Source of the DNA: an uncultured Gemmatimonadales bacterium
GTDB taxonomy: Bacteria; Gemmatimonadota; Gemmatimonadetes; Gemmatimonadales; GWC2-71-9
Direction: 5' to 3'
Assembly: GCA_963739455.1 (NCBI GenBank)
Contig: CAVUAK010000002.1
Coordinates: 288,001-352,000, forward strand
DNA length: 64,000 nucleotides
In this document: positions 41,119 to 50,553 of the stretch, one piece after another
How positions within the stretch are numbered: position 1 is the stretch's first letter
Layout: every line of letters begins with the position of its first letter
Notes under the pieces: model-generated
Told to the model about the DNA's origin: nothing
Database searches by the model: none
Seen by the model: the letters and a program-made list of their open reading frames with translations, nothing else
Position numbers and translations under genes: made by a program

Positions 41119-43518
41119 TCACGCGCCACGGCGCGACAGCCCCAACTCGCGCTCGAGCGCTCCAAGGACCCCGGTCTCGATGGTGTCTACGTCGGCGTCG
41201 CGCAGGGTGCGATCGGCCGCGCGGAATGTCAGGCGGAACGTGACGCTCCGGCGCCCCTCACCTACGGCCGCGCCCCGGAACTCTGCGGTGACCCGCACGG
41301 ATTCCAGCAGGCTTCCCGCGGCCTGCCGGATTGCATCCGCCACGACGGACGATGCCACGCCATCGGCCAGGACCAGCGAAAGGTCACGCTCGACGGCCGG
41401 GTTGGTGGGAAGCGGCACCACCCTCACGGGCAGGCGCGCACCGTCGGCCACGTCGATTTCGACACCGAACAGGGCACCGCCCCACGGTGGGCTGTCCGCC
41501 TCGAGGCGGCCCGCCCATCCCACCGTCCTTCCATCCTTCACACGTGCCATGAAGTGATCACCTTCAACGTGCCACGTCGCACCGGGATGCGCCAGAGCAC
41601 CCGCCACGGAAGCGAGCTCCTTCAGGTCCCAGACGTCCACGTCGGGCACGGCGTCCGCGGTCCAATGCCCCGGTTCCCGGGCGCCCGTCACCACGAGTCC
41701 CAGGCGCAGCTGCTCCACGGGTCGGCGGCCCGGCGCTCCCCGCTCAAAGACCGTTCCGACCTCGAAGAGGCGAACGTCGCGGACATGGTTGTTCCAGTTG
41801 CGCTCCGCATGGCGCACCAGGGTGGGCAGCAGCCGGCGGCGCAGGGACGCCCCGGTGTCGGCGAGGGGATTGAGCAGGGGCACGCTGGTTTCCCCGTCGG
41901 CGCCGGTGAAGGGCAGGCTCACAACCTCGGACAGCCCCTCGGCCACGAGGCCCTGGCGGATACGATGCTTCACGGCCACGGCCGGGGCATCGGGCAGCGC
42001 GCCGACACGGAACGGCCGCAGTTCCGTCGGCACCCGGTCGTACCCGTGCATCCGTGCCACCTCCTCGACGAGGTCGATTTCCGTCGTGAGGTCGGGTCGC
42101 CATCCAGGCACGTCGACAGCAATCCGCGCGTCGTCGGGCTTCGCCACAACGGTGGCGCCGATCGCCACGAGGCACCGCTCGACTTCATGCTGCCCCAAGT
42201 CGAGACCGAGCACCTGCCTGACCCGCGCGAGACGGAGGAAGATCCGGGGCGGGTTCGCCACCAGTGGGTGCAGGTCCACCGGCGTGCCTTCGACGGTGCC
42301 GCCGGCGGTCAGCAGGATGATCTCGATGCAGCGCCGCATGGCCTCGGTGGCGTTCCAGCGATCAACACCCCGCTCGAAGCGGTAGCTCGCCTCGGTGCTC
42401 AAGCCGAGCGCACGACGGGCTCGGCGGACGCGGGCGGGCTCGAACCAGGCAGCCTCGAGGGCGAGGTCGGTTGTCGTGTCGCGCACCTCGGTTTCGGCAC
42501 CGCCCATGATCCCGCCGATGCCCACCAGCTTGACGGCGTCGGCGATCACCGTGGTGTCCGCATCGAGCGTGCGCTCCACGCCATCGAGCGTCACGAGTCT
42601 TCTCGCCCTGGACAGCGCGGCGTGCAACCAGCGCCGGGCCCTTGAGCGTGGCAAGGTCGTACGCATGCATCGGCTGGCCGAGTTCGAGCATCACGTAGTT
42701 GGTTGCGTCGACGATGTTGTTGATCGAGCGCACACCCACCGCCTCGAGCGGCTGCCGCAGCCAGGCGGGTGAAGGGCCGACCTTCACGCCGCGCACCACC
42801 GCGGCGTGAAAGCGCGCGCATCCTTCAGGATCATCGATCGCGACGCGCAGCGGGCCCGGTGACGATCTCGCGCACGCCGGTGGCGCGCTGGACCGGCGGG
42901 ACATCGGGGGCCAGTGCGGCATGCGCCAAGTTGCGGCAGGCGATACGGCACATTGAGCGACGCGGCAAGTTCGCGCGCGATGCCCTTGTGACCGAGGAGA
43001 TCGGGACGGTTCGGCGTGACATCCACCACGATCCGGTCGTCGTCCAGCGGCAGCGCCTCGAGCAGGAGCGTGCCCGGCGCGGCGTCAGTGTCGAGTTCCC
43101 AGAGCCCGTCAGCATCGACACCTACCCCAAGTTCACGCGCCGAGCAGAGCATGCCCTCGGACAGTTCGCCGCGGAGCTTCGCCTTCTCGATGCGCATCGG
43201 GGCACCGCCCTTCCCCACCGGCACCGTCGCACCCACCGGCGCAAAGGGATACTTCCGACCTGCAGTGACATTGGGCGCGCCGCACACGACCTGCCGCCGC
43301 TCGGTGCCACCGTCGTTCACGGTACAGACGCGAAGGCGATCGGCATTCGGATGCTGGCGCACCTCTTCCACCAGTGCCACGCGGATGTCACCGAGCCCCG
43401 CGTTGAGCGGCTCGATCACGTCCACGGCGGCGCCCTGTGCCGCAAGACGGACGCTGATGTCCTGGGCGTCGAGCTTCTGGCGCAGGAAACGCTCGAGCCA
43501 GCGGCGGGAGACGTTCAT
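41119..43518 (-). CDS. pheT: Phenylalanyl-tRNA synthetase beta subunit (frameshifted)
   Basis: HPNADRLRVC, VCGAPN, SEGMLCS, TPNRPD, INNIVDATNYV, SYRFERGVD, DLVEEVAR, FDX-ACB C-terminus. Confidence 0.96.
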
Positions 43519-44591
43519 GCGGGCGCGGTCCCCGGGGTGAACTGCGACAGGAAGCGCATGTCACCCTCGTACAGCAGGCGGATGTCGGGCACGCCATGAC
43601 GGAGCATGGTGATGCGTGCCGGGCCCATGCCGAAGGCGAAGCCGGTGAATCGCTCCGGATCGATGCCGCCCTGCTCCAGCACGCGCGGGTGCACCATGCC
43701 GCAGCCGAGGATCTCCATCCAGCCCGTGCCCTTGCAGGCGCCGCAGCCCGAGCCGTGACAGAGCTGGCACTCCACGTCCATCTCGGCCGACGGTTCGGTG
43801 AACGGGAAGAACGACGGCCGGAAGCGCACCGCGGTCGACGGCGAGAAGAAGCGCCGCGCGAAGTGCGTGAGCGTCGCCTTGAGGTCGACGAACGACACGC
43901 CCTCATCGATGGCCAGTCCCTCGATCTGCTCGAACGCCGGCGCGTGGGACGGATCGAATGCGTCGCTGCGATAGACCATGCCCGGCATGATCACGCGGAT
44001 CGGCGGCTCGGAGGCGTGCATGACGCGGATCTGCACCGGCGACGTGTGCGTGCGGAGCAGGAGGCGACCGGCGCCCTGTTCGTCGACCGTGGGGGGCACG
44101 TCGAGGTAGAGCGTGTCGTGCAGGTCCATCGCCGGATGATCGGCGGGAAAATTGAGCGCGAGGAAGTTGTACCAGTCGGTCTCGACCTCCGGGCCCAGGG
44201 CGATGGCGAAGCCCAGCCCGCGGAAGATCTCCGAGATCTCGTCGATGACCGCCGAGACAGGGTGCACCGCCCCGACCCACCGACGTCGCGCGGGCATGGT
44301 GAGGTCGATGGCGCGGCGCTCGGCCTCGGCCCTGGCCCGGTCGAGTTCCGCCCGCCGCTCCGCGATTGCCGCCTCGGCGCGCAGCTTGAGCGCGTTGACG
44401 GCGGCACCGAACGCGCGACGATCCTCCGGCGCGCGCGTCGCCAGCGTCTTGAGCGCCGCCGTGATCTCGCCAGCCTTCCGGCCCACGAGCGCGATTTCCT
44501 CTCGCTCGAGGGACGCCTGGTCGAGACTCGCGAGGGCCGCCACGCGTGGCAGCAGGGAGTCGAGTTCCGGATAACCGGTGGTGTCAGCCAT
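43515..44591 (-). CDS. pheS: Phenylalanyl-tRNA synthetase alpha subunit
   Basis: HPAMDLHDT, LLRTHTSPVQ, FRPSFFPFTEPS, CxxC...CxxC, GFAFGMG. Confidence 0.98.
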   Translation of the reverse strand: MADTTGYPELDSLLPRVAALASLDQASLEREEIALVGRKAGEITAALKTLATRAPEDRRAFGAAVNALKLRAEAAIAERRAELDRARAEAERRAIDLTMPARRRWVGAVHPVSAVIDEISEIFRGLGFAIALGPEVETDWYNFLALNFPADHPAMDLHDTLYLDVPPTVDEQGAGRLLLRTHTSPVQIRVMHASEPPIRVIMPGMVYRSDAFDPSHAPAFEQIEGLAIDEGVSFVDLKATLTHFARRFFSPSTAVRFRPSFFPFTEPSAEMDVECQLCHGSGCGACKGTGWMEILGCGMVHPRVLEQGGIDPERFTGFAFGMGPARITMLRHGVPDIRLLYEGDMRFLSQFTPGTAPA

Positions 44592-44615
44592 GGATGCAGG
44601 TCGGGCCGGATGAGT

Positions 44616-44647
44616 AAAGGGCCGCCCGCCGATCCGGCGAACGGCCC
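44616..44647 (-). terminator. Probable terminator hairpin after rplT
   Basis: GGGCCG...CGGCCC stem followed by TTTA on the minus strand. Confidence 0.5.
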
Positions 44648-44671
44648 GAAAAACCTGGAGGACCGTGTGGC

Positions 44672-45031
44672 TTACGCCTTCACGGCCTTCGACGCGAGCT
44701 CGGCAATCTTCGCAAAGGCTTCCGCATCGTGGACGGCGAGGTCGGCGAGCACCTTCCGGTTGATCTCCACGCCCGCATCCTTGAGCCCCGCCATGAACCG
44801 GCTGTAGCTCAGCCCGTTGAGGCGCGCGGCGGCATTGATGCGCGCGATCCAGAGCATGCGGAACTCACCCTTCTTCTTGCGGCGGTCGCGGTAGGCGTAG
44901 CGCATGCCGCGCTCGACCGTCTCCTTCGCCGACTTGTACAGCTTGCTGCGCGAGCCGCGGGCACCCTTCGCGGCTTCCATGATCTTCTTCTTGCGCGCGT
45001 GATGCGCGACCCCGTTCTTGACGCGTGGCAT
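44672..45031 (-). CDS. rplT: 50S ribosomal protein L20
   Basis: [41 protein letters not shown]. Confidence 0.98.
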   Translation of the reverse strand: MPRVKNGVAHHARKKKIMEAAKGARGSRSKLYKSAKETVERGMRYAYRDRRKKKGEFRMLWIARINAAARLNGLSYSRFMAGLKDAGVEINRKVLADLAVHDAEAFAKIAELASKAVKA

Positions 45032-45041
45032 GGTAGTCTCC

Positions 45042-45236
45042 TCAGGCCTGCAGCAGGCGGTTCACGCGCCGGAAGTCCGCGGAGCTCACGATGTCGCCCT
45101 TCTTGAGCTTGTTCTTCCGCTTGCGGGTCTTCTTGGTCAGGATGTGGCTGTGATTGGCATGCCAACGCTTGAGCTTCCCCGTACCGGTACGGGTGAAGCG
45201 CTTGGTCGCGGCGCGCCGATTCTTCATCTTGGGCAT
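45042..45236 (-). CDS. rpmI: 50S ribosomal protein L35
   Basis: [21 protein letters not shown]; located between infC and rplT. Confidence 0.97.
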   Translation of the reverse strand: MPKMKNRRAATKRFTRTGTGKLKRWHANHSHILTKKTRKRKNKLKKGDIVSSADFRRVNRLLQA

Positions 45237-45265
45237 CGTCGTTCTTTCCGTTTACCAGGTTTACT

Positions 45266-45297
45266 TCACGTCCTCACGTCCTCACGCCCTCACGTCT
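45266..45297 (-). repeat. Four-unit octamer tandem repeat (reverse complement of the array at 31236)
   Basis: TCACGTCC TCACGTCC TCACGCCC TCACGTCT at the infC stop. Confidence 0.85.
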
Positions 45298-45817
45298 ACT
45301 TCGGCGCAAGCACCATCGTCATGTTGCGTCCCTCGAGCTTCGCGTCCGACTCTACCTTGCCGATGTCGGCCACCGCAGCCGCCACGCGATCGAGGACCGC
45401 CTTGCCCAGTTCCAGGTGGGCGATCTGCCGTCCCCGGTACATGAGCGTGCACTTCACCTTGTTGCCCTCCGCCAGGAACTCGCGCGCGTGGCGGGTCTTG
45501 AACTCGAAATCGTGTTCCTCGATGCCCGGGCGGTACTTCACTTCCTTGAGCTGGATGACGTGCTGCTTCTTCTTCGCCGCCCGCGCCGCCTTGGCTTCCT
45601 CGAACTTGAACTTGCCGTAGTCCATGATCTTGACCACGGGGGGGCGCGCCGTCGGCGCCACTTCCACGAGATCGAGACCGCGTTCCGCTGCGATGGCCAG
45701 TGCCTCTTCGATGGCCAGCACACCCAACTGGCCGCCGTCATTGTCGATGACTCGCACGGGGCTGATGCGGATCATCCGGTTTACGCGGACCCGCCGCTCG
45801 CGATCACTGGTGGACAG
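45296..45817 (-). CDS. infC: Translation initiation factor IF-3 (probable CTG start)
   Basis: LDLVEVAP, PPVVKIMDYGKFKFE, KEVKYRP, RGRQ; GGAGGT-7 nt-CTG in frame gives xSTSDRERRVRVNRMIRI. Confidence 0.95.
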   Translation of the reverse strand: MSTSDRERRVRVNRMIRISPVRVIDNDGGQLGVLAIEEALAIAAERGLDLVEVAPTARPPVVKIMDYGKFKFEEAKAARAAKKKQHVIQLKEVKYRPGIEEHDFEFKTRHAREFLAEGNKVKCTLMYRGRQIAHLELGKAVLDRVAAAVADIGKVESDAKLEGRNMTMVLAPK

Positions 45818-45838
45818 TGGCAGTACCTCCCATTCTGG

Positions 45839-46000
45839 AAAACAGAAACACCCGATCGACGATCGGGTGTCTCAATCAGTCGAGTAAACGCCGCTCCGGG
45901 TGGCGTTCCTCGACAGAATCAAGACCCGCTTCGCCTGGGCGCCAAACCACGGTGGCGCGCCCGCTTGGGGTGGGGACCTATCGGCCCCTCTTTGAGTTGG
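45839..46000 (-). promoter_or_regulatory. Structured leader of infC-rpmI-rplT with terminator hairpin (putative L20 attenuator)
   Basis: GAGACACCCGATCG/CGATCGGGTGTTTC inverted repeat followed by TGTTTT just upstream of the RBS; further stems upstream. Confidence 0.6.
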
Positions 46001-46029
46001 CCAAAACGTAATGGTGACCGGTGGTTAGG

Positions 46030-46966
46030 TCAACCGGACGGCTGCGCATCCCTCAGCACGAGGCCCTTCCCCTCGGGAGTGAGCCATCCCCAGGCGACGT
46101 TCGCGTCATGCTCGAAGACAACGCGCCAACCCCCTGTCACTGCATCCTTTAGGAACGAACGCTTGCTCTCCAGCGTGCGCAGCGGCTCCAGGTCGTAGCC
46201 CATGATGTACGCGAGGGGGAGGTGCGCGGCCGTGGCGAAGAGGTCGCCCACGAACGCCGCCGTTTCCCCACGATCGGACACGAGAATCACCTGGTGCCAC
46301 GGCACATGCCCCGGCGTCACCCGGACCGAGATGCCGGGCAGTACGGCACTGTCGCCGTCCAGCAGCCGCCACCGGCCAGCCTTTGCGATGGGCTCGAAAT
46401 TGGGTGGCAGGTAGCTCGCCCTGGTTCGCTCGTTGGTGTGGCGGGCGAACTCGAGTTCACCACGCTGCACACAGTAGGTCGCATTGGGAAAGGCCAGCCG
46501 GGGCACCGTCGCCGTGGGCGAGGCGTCCGGGGCGAACCCGTCCGCCTGGTCGGCATGCTCCCCGCCAGGCTCACCCACGAGCGTGTTCCCACCGGCATGA
46601 TCGAAGTGAAGGTGGGTGTTGATGACCAGCTTCACGTCGCCCGGCGCGAAACCCGCCTCCGCGAGTGCATCCTCGCAACTGGGTAGCACCTCGCGTCCCG
46701 ATGTTCTCGATCCCGTAGATGTTCCGGAACTTGGCGTCGTCCTTGTTGCCAGCCCCGGTGTCGACGAGGACCAGGCCGTCGGGGTGCTCCATCAGCAGGC
46801 ACCGCATTGCGAGGGGAATGCGGTTCCGGTCGTCCGGGGCAATCTGTTTTTCCCAAAGGGGCTTGGGGACAACGCCGAACATCGCACCGCCATCGAGACG
46901 CTGCAGACCGGCTTCCAGGGTATGGCACCTGAGGTTCCCAACCGTGAATGAGCGCGTCAGCGCCAT
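46030..46966 (-). CDS. MBL-fold metallo-hydrolase, YtnP-like (frameshift near 46680)
   Basis: LDGGAMFGVVPKPLW, VDTGAG, THLHFDHAGG, TPGH, MGYD, FEHD. Confidence 0.9.
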
Positions 46967-47814
46967 GGCGCACCATTTCCTGTTCCCAGTTCCCCGTTCC
47001 CTGTCTTCCTGCGGCGCCGGCGCAACTGGATCTGTTCCAGGTCGGTGAGGGTCCGTGCGCCTTCCCCCCGCGCATACGACAGCAGCCGTTCGAGCAGCTG
47101 TGCCGTCACCTCGGCGTCGCCTGCCGCACGATGGCGAGCAGCGTTCTCGAAGCCGAAGTGCAGCGTCAGGTTGTCGAGTCCGCAGGATCCGACATCGCGC
47201 AGCAGCCGTCGCGCGAGTCGCACCGTGCAGAGCCGCGGCCCGGTGAGCGCCAGGCCTCGGGTCCGCCGGAACGATGCATCGAGGAAGCCCCAGTCAAAAC
47301 GCGCGTTGTGCGCCACGAAGATGCGCCCGGCGAGGACACCGAGCAGCTCGTCGGCAATCGCCTCGAAGGGAGGCGCGTGCGCCACCATCTCGTTGGTGAT
47401 GCCGGTGACCATGCTGATCATCGACGGAATGTGGCGTCCCGGGTTCACCAGGCTCTGGAACACCACCTCTCGCCGCTCACCGTGCAGCAGCACCACCGCC
47501 ACCTCGGTGATGCGGTCGTCGCCCCGCGCCCGCATGCCGGTCGTCTCGAGGTCGATGACCGCGAAGGCGCATTCCTCGATGTGTGGCGAGCCCTGCGCCT
47601 CCGCGAGCATGGCCCACCGGCCGTCGGGCAGCTGGCGCACCCGCGGATCCGCGCCGAGCACCGCGATCGCCACCCGCTCCGCCACGGCGCGCGGGGCACC
47701 CATGAGGCCGAGCACTTCAGCGCAGAGCTCGGCCGCAGCGGCCGGTCCCCCGCGCAACCGGGCGAGGGCGCGATCGACCAGTGTCAGTTCCGACACCATG
47801 GCGAGACCGGTCAC
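46957..47814 (-). CDS. DEDDh 3'-5' exonuclease (DnaQ-like) with N-terminal extension
   Basis: VIDLETTG, VAHNARFD, LCTVRLAR, HRAAGDA. Confidence 0.9.
   Translation of the reverse strand: MTGLAMVSELTLVDRALARLRGGPAAAAELCAEVLGLMGAPRAVAERVAIAVLGADPRVRQLPDGRWAMLAEAQGSPHIEECAFAVIDLETTGMRARGDDRITEVAVVLLHGERREVVFQSLVNPGRHIPSMISMVTGITNEMVAHAPPFEAIADELLGVLAGRIFVAHNARFDWGFLDASFRRTRGLALTGPRLCTVRLARRLLRDVGSCGLDNLTLHFGFENAARHRAAGDAEVTAQLLERLLSYARGEGARTLTDLEQIQLRRRRRKTGNGELGTGNGAPWR
46974..47001 (+). repeat. Heptamer tandem repeat (NGTTCCC)
   Basis: CATTTCC TGTTCCC AGTTCCC CGTTCCC. Confidence 0.7.
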
Positions 47815-49040
47815 GCGGACGCCCTCCGCACCGGCAGCGTCATGCAGCGCGGACCGCCACCGCCACGCGCCAGTTCGGTTCCATCGATGGTGATCACCGT
47901 GCGATGCTTGGCGTCATCCCAGTCATCGAACGCCAGGAAGTTGACCGAAGGGACGGCACGAAAACCGGCGCGCGCGAGTTCGTCGAGCGTCGCCTCGTTC
48001 CTTATGTAGCCGATGACGGTGCCGGGGCGCACCGCGAAGAAGTTGCACGCCGAACTCCACTGCTCCCGGTCCTGGCTGGTCCGCTGGCGACCGCCGCAGA
48101 ATACCGGCTCCAGCGGCAGGCCGACCTCGCGCAGTGCCGTGAAGAAGTCCGGCATTTCGCGCACGCCATCGACGCCCTTGCGCCGGTGCAGCACCGCCAG
48201 GCGCTCCGGCCCAACGAAGTAGGGGGGATAAATGGCGCAGAGCTCACGGTCGAGCTGGGAAAAGAGCATGTCCAGGTGGATCGCCGTCGGCGTGCGCGGC
48301 ATGACCACGACCAGGATGTCGGTGACGGTGCCGCGGGCAAAGAGCGACTCGCACAGCAGGTCGAGCGCCGCGGCGGAGGTGCGCTCGCTGAACCCCACCA
48401 CCAGCAGGTCCTGGCGGAGGACATGAACGTCCCCGCCCTCGAGGGTATAGCGGGCGCGGCGTTCGTCCGCGCCATCGAACAGCAGCCCGTCGTTGGCCAG
48501 CGCCGGGTGAAACTGGAACAGTGCCCGGATCAGCAGTTCCTCGGTCCACCGCACATCGTAGCGCATGGCACCCACGACACCGTGGCGACCGATGACCATC
48601 CCGATGTCGCGGGGAAAAAAGAGGTTGGGGAGCGGCGGCAGGGCGAAGGCGTTGTCGTTGAGCGCCCGGGCCAGCGGACCGGCCTCGCCCTCGGTGCCCT
48701 CGATGATGCGCCGCACCATCTCCACCGCCGGCAGCTCGGCGAGCTCGCGCGCCAGGGCGTCGGACGGCACCACGTCGAGCGCGCGGGTGATGAGGAACTC
48801 GCGCGCCTCGTCATTGCGCAGCATCTCGATCAGGAGGTCGCGGATCTGGTAGACCTGCGCAAAACGCCGGAGCACGCTTACGAACTGGCGGTGCTCCCGC
48901 TGGGCTATGTCGAGGGCGATGATGTCGTCGTACAGGAAGGCGGCGCGGTTTTGCGGTGTCACCGCCTCGAGCTCGGGCCCGGGCGTGTGCACCAGCACCG
49001 CTTCGAGGGCGCCAATTTCGGAGGTGATGGAGACCGACAT
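47811..49040 (-). CDS. arcA: Arginine deiminase family protein
   Basis: SEIGALEAVLVHTPGPE, LYDDI, PNLFFPRD, LEGGDV, IHLD, ELARGGGGPRCMTLP; ATG at 49040. Confidence 0.9.
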   Translation of the reverse strand: MSVSITSEIGALEAVLVHTPGPELEAVTPQNRAAFLYDDIIALDIAQREHRQFVSVLRRFAQVYQIRDLLIEMLRNDEAREFLITRALDVVPSDALARELAELPAVEMVRRIIEGTEGEAGPLARALNDNAFALPPLPNLFFPRDIGMVIGRHGVVGAMRYDVRWTEELLIRALFQFHPALANDGLLFDGADERRARYTLEGGDVHVLRQDLLVVGFSERTSAAALDLLCESLFARGTVTDILVVVMPRTPTAIHLDMLFSQLDRELCAIYPPYFVGPERLAVLHRRKGVDGVREMPDFFTALREVGLPLEPVFCGGRQRTSQDREQWSSACNFFAVRPGTVIGYIRNEATLDELARAGFRAVPSVNFLAFDDWDDAKHRTVITIDGTELARGGGGPRCMTLPVRRASA

Positions 49041-49053
49041 GAGTGAACTTAAC

Positions 49054-49109
49054 GGTGAGGGGTGAGGGGTAAGGAGTGAGGAGTTCCCCCTCACCCCTCA
49101 CTCCTCACC
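49054..49109. repeat. Inverted pair of heptamer tandem arrays (GGTGAGG)4/(CCTCACC)3
   Basis: GGTGAGG GGTGAGG GGTAAGG AGTGAGG then CCTCACC CCTCACT CCTCACC between rex and arcA. Confidence 0.85.
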
Positions 49110-49725
49110 GATTCGTCAGTGCGTAACTGAGGGTCTCGAGCTCGAGCGCCAGGTTCACCGTCTTCACCACCACGTCATCCGGCACATTGAGCTGGGCGGG
49201 GGCAAAGTTGAGGATGGCCCTGACTCCCAGTGCCACGAGCCGTTCGGTCACCGACTGGGCCGCTTCCGCTGGGGTCACAAGCACCGCCATATCGACCGGC
49301 TGGGCCCTGAGGTCCCGGTCGAGATCGTCGATCGATCGGACCGTGAGACCGTTCCACTGGGTCCCGATCTTGGCGGGATCCACGTCGAAAATGGAGACGA
49401 TATCGAAGCCGCGCTGCTGGAAGCCGCGGTACTGGACGAGTGCGCTGCCGATCTTCCCCGCGCCGATCATGGCGACGCGATAACGACGTCCGAGACCGAG
49501 GATCTGGCGAAGGCGCTGGGCGAGTTCCGGGACGAAGTAGCCCAGGCCGCGCTTGCCGAATGAGCCGAAGAAGGAGAGATCCTTCCGCACCTGCGCCGAC
49601 GTCGTGCCGCCTCGCTGGGCCAGCGCCTCGGAGCTGACCGTCTCCACACCCTGCCCCTCAAATTCGTCCAGGAAGCGGAGATAGAGCGACAGGCGACGCA
49701 CGGTGCTGTCGGCAACTTTGCGCAT
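49105..49725 (-). CDS. rex: Redox-sensing transcriptional repressor Rex
   Basis: STVRRLSLYLR, QVRKDLSFFGSFGKRGLGY, IGAGKIG, AILNFAP. Confidence 0.97.
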   Translation of the reverse strand: MRKVADSTVRRLSLYLRFLDEFEGQGVETVSSEALAQRGGTTSAQVRKDLSFFGSFGKRGLGYFVPELAQRLRQILGLGRRYRVAMIGAGKIGSALVQYRGFQQRGFDIVSIFDVDPAKIGTQWNGLTVRSIDDLDRDLRAQPVDMAVLVTPAEAAQSVTERLVALGVRAILNFAPAQLNVPDDVVVKTVNLALELETLSYALTNR

Positions 49726-49734
49726 GGGCCGCTT

Positions 49735-49752
49735 ATGTGAAATGATTCACAA
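49735..49752. promoter_or_regulatory. Rex operator
   Basis: ATGTGAA-ATGA-TTCACAA, one mismatch from TTGTGAA-N4-TTCACAA, about 10 nt upstream of the rex start. Confidence 0.85.
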
Positions 49753-50550
49753 ATCTGCCCCGGGAGACCATCCGCCGTCAACGAGCACCTTGGTGAGGCG
49801 GTAAAACGAAGCCGGGTCGAGCACCTCGGGTCGAAGGGACGGCCCTACCTCCGCCTGGGCCAACACTGCCTGCGCCCGGTCGGGTGAGTAGCCGGTCAGC
49901 TCCCGCAGGCCCCGCGCAAGCTGCTTTCGCCGAAACCCGAAGAGCCCGACAACCACTCGCCGAAATGTGGGGATGAGGGCGTCCGGCACCAGCGGCGTCG
50001 CCAAGGGCATCAGGCGAAGCACCGCGGAATCCACCTTCGGGCGAGGCATGAACGCGCCGGCGGGAACGATGAAGAGCCTCTCCCCCGTTGCCACTGCCTG
50101 GACACCTACTGACAACGCGCCATACGCTTCGCTGCCCGGTGGGGCGCTGACCCGGTCGGCGACCTCCTTCTGGACGAGGAACACGACACGGCGGGGCCGC
50201 GGGGGCGTGAGCGCCTTGTCGAGAAGTGGCGAGGTGATGTTGTAGGGGATGTTGCCGGCGATGAGCGCATTGGGACCGCCGAGCGCATGCCAGTCTTCGT
50301 CGAGCGCGTCGCCGACCAACAGGTCGAGCGCCGGCAATTGCTGCCGCAGCCTCGCCGCAAGGTCGCGGTCCTTCTCGATGGCAACGACACGCCCGGCGCG
50401 CTCCAGCAGTGCCGCGGTGAGCCCGCCGGGTCCTGGCCCGATCTCGAGCACCGTGTCGTCGCGAGTGGCGCCGACCGCATCGGCGATCCGAGCCAGGATG
50501 CGCGGGTCAGAGAGGAAGTGCTGGCCGAGGCGCTTGCGAGGGACCCCCAC
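49747..50550 (-). CDS. rsmA: 16S rRNA adenine dimethyltransferase
   Basis: KRLGQHFL, LEIGPGPG, GNIPYNIT, QKEVADR, PRPKVDSA. Confidence 0.96.
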   Translation of the reverse strand: MGVPRKRLGQHFLSDPRILARIADAVGATRDDTVLEIGPGPGGLTAALLERAGRVVAIEKDRDLAARLRQQLPALDLLVGDALDEDWHALGGPNALIAGNIPYNITSPLLDKALTPPRPRRVVFLVQKEVADRVSAPPGSEAYGALSVGVQAVATGERLFIVPAGAFMPRPKVDSAVLRLMPLATPLVPDALIPTFRRVVVGLFGFRRKQLARGLRELTGYSPDRAQAVLAQAEVGPSLRPEVLDPASFYRLTKVLVDGGWSPGADL

Positions 50551-50553
50551 TGC

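Noticed and set aside
31236..49109. CRISPR array
   Set aside because: The repeats are 7-8 bp tandem units without spacers, and no cas genes are present
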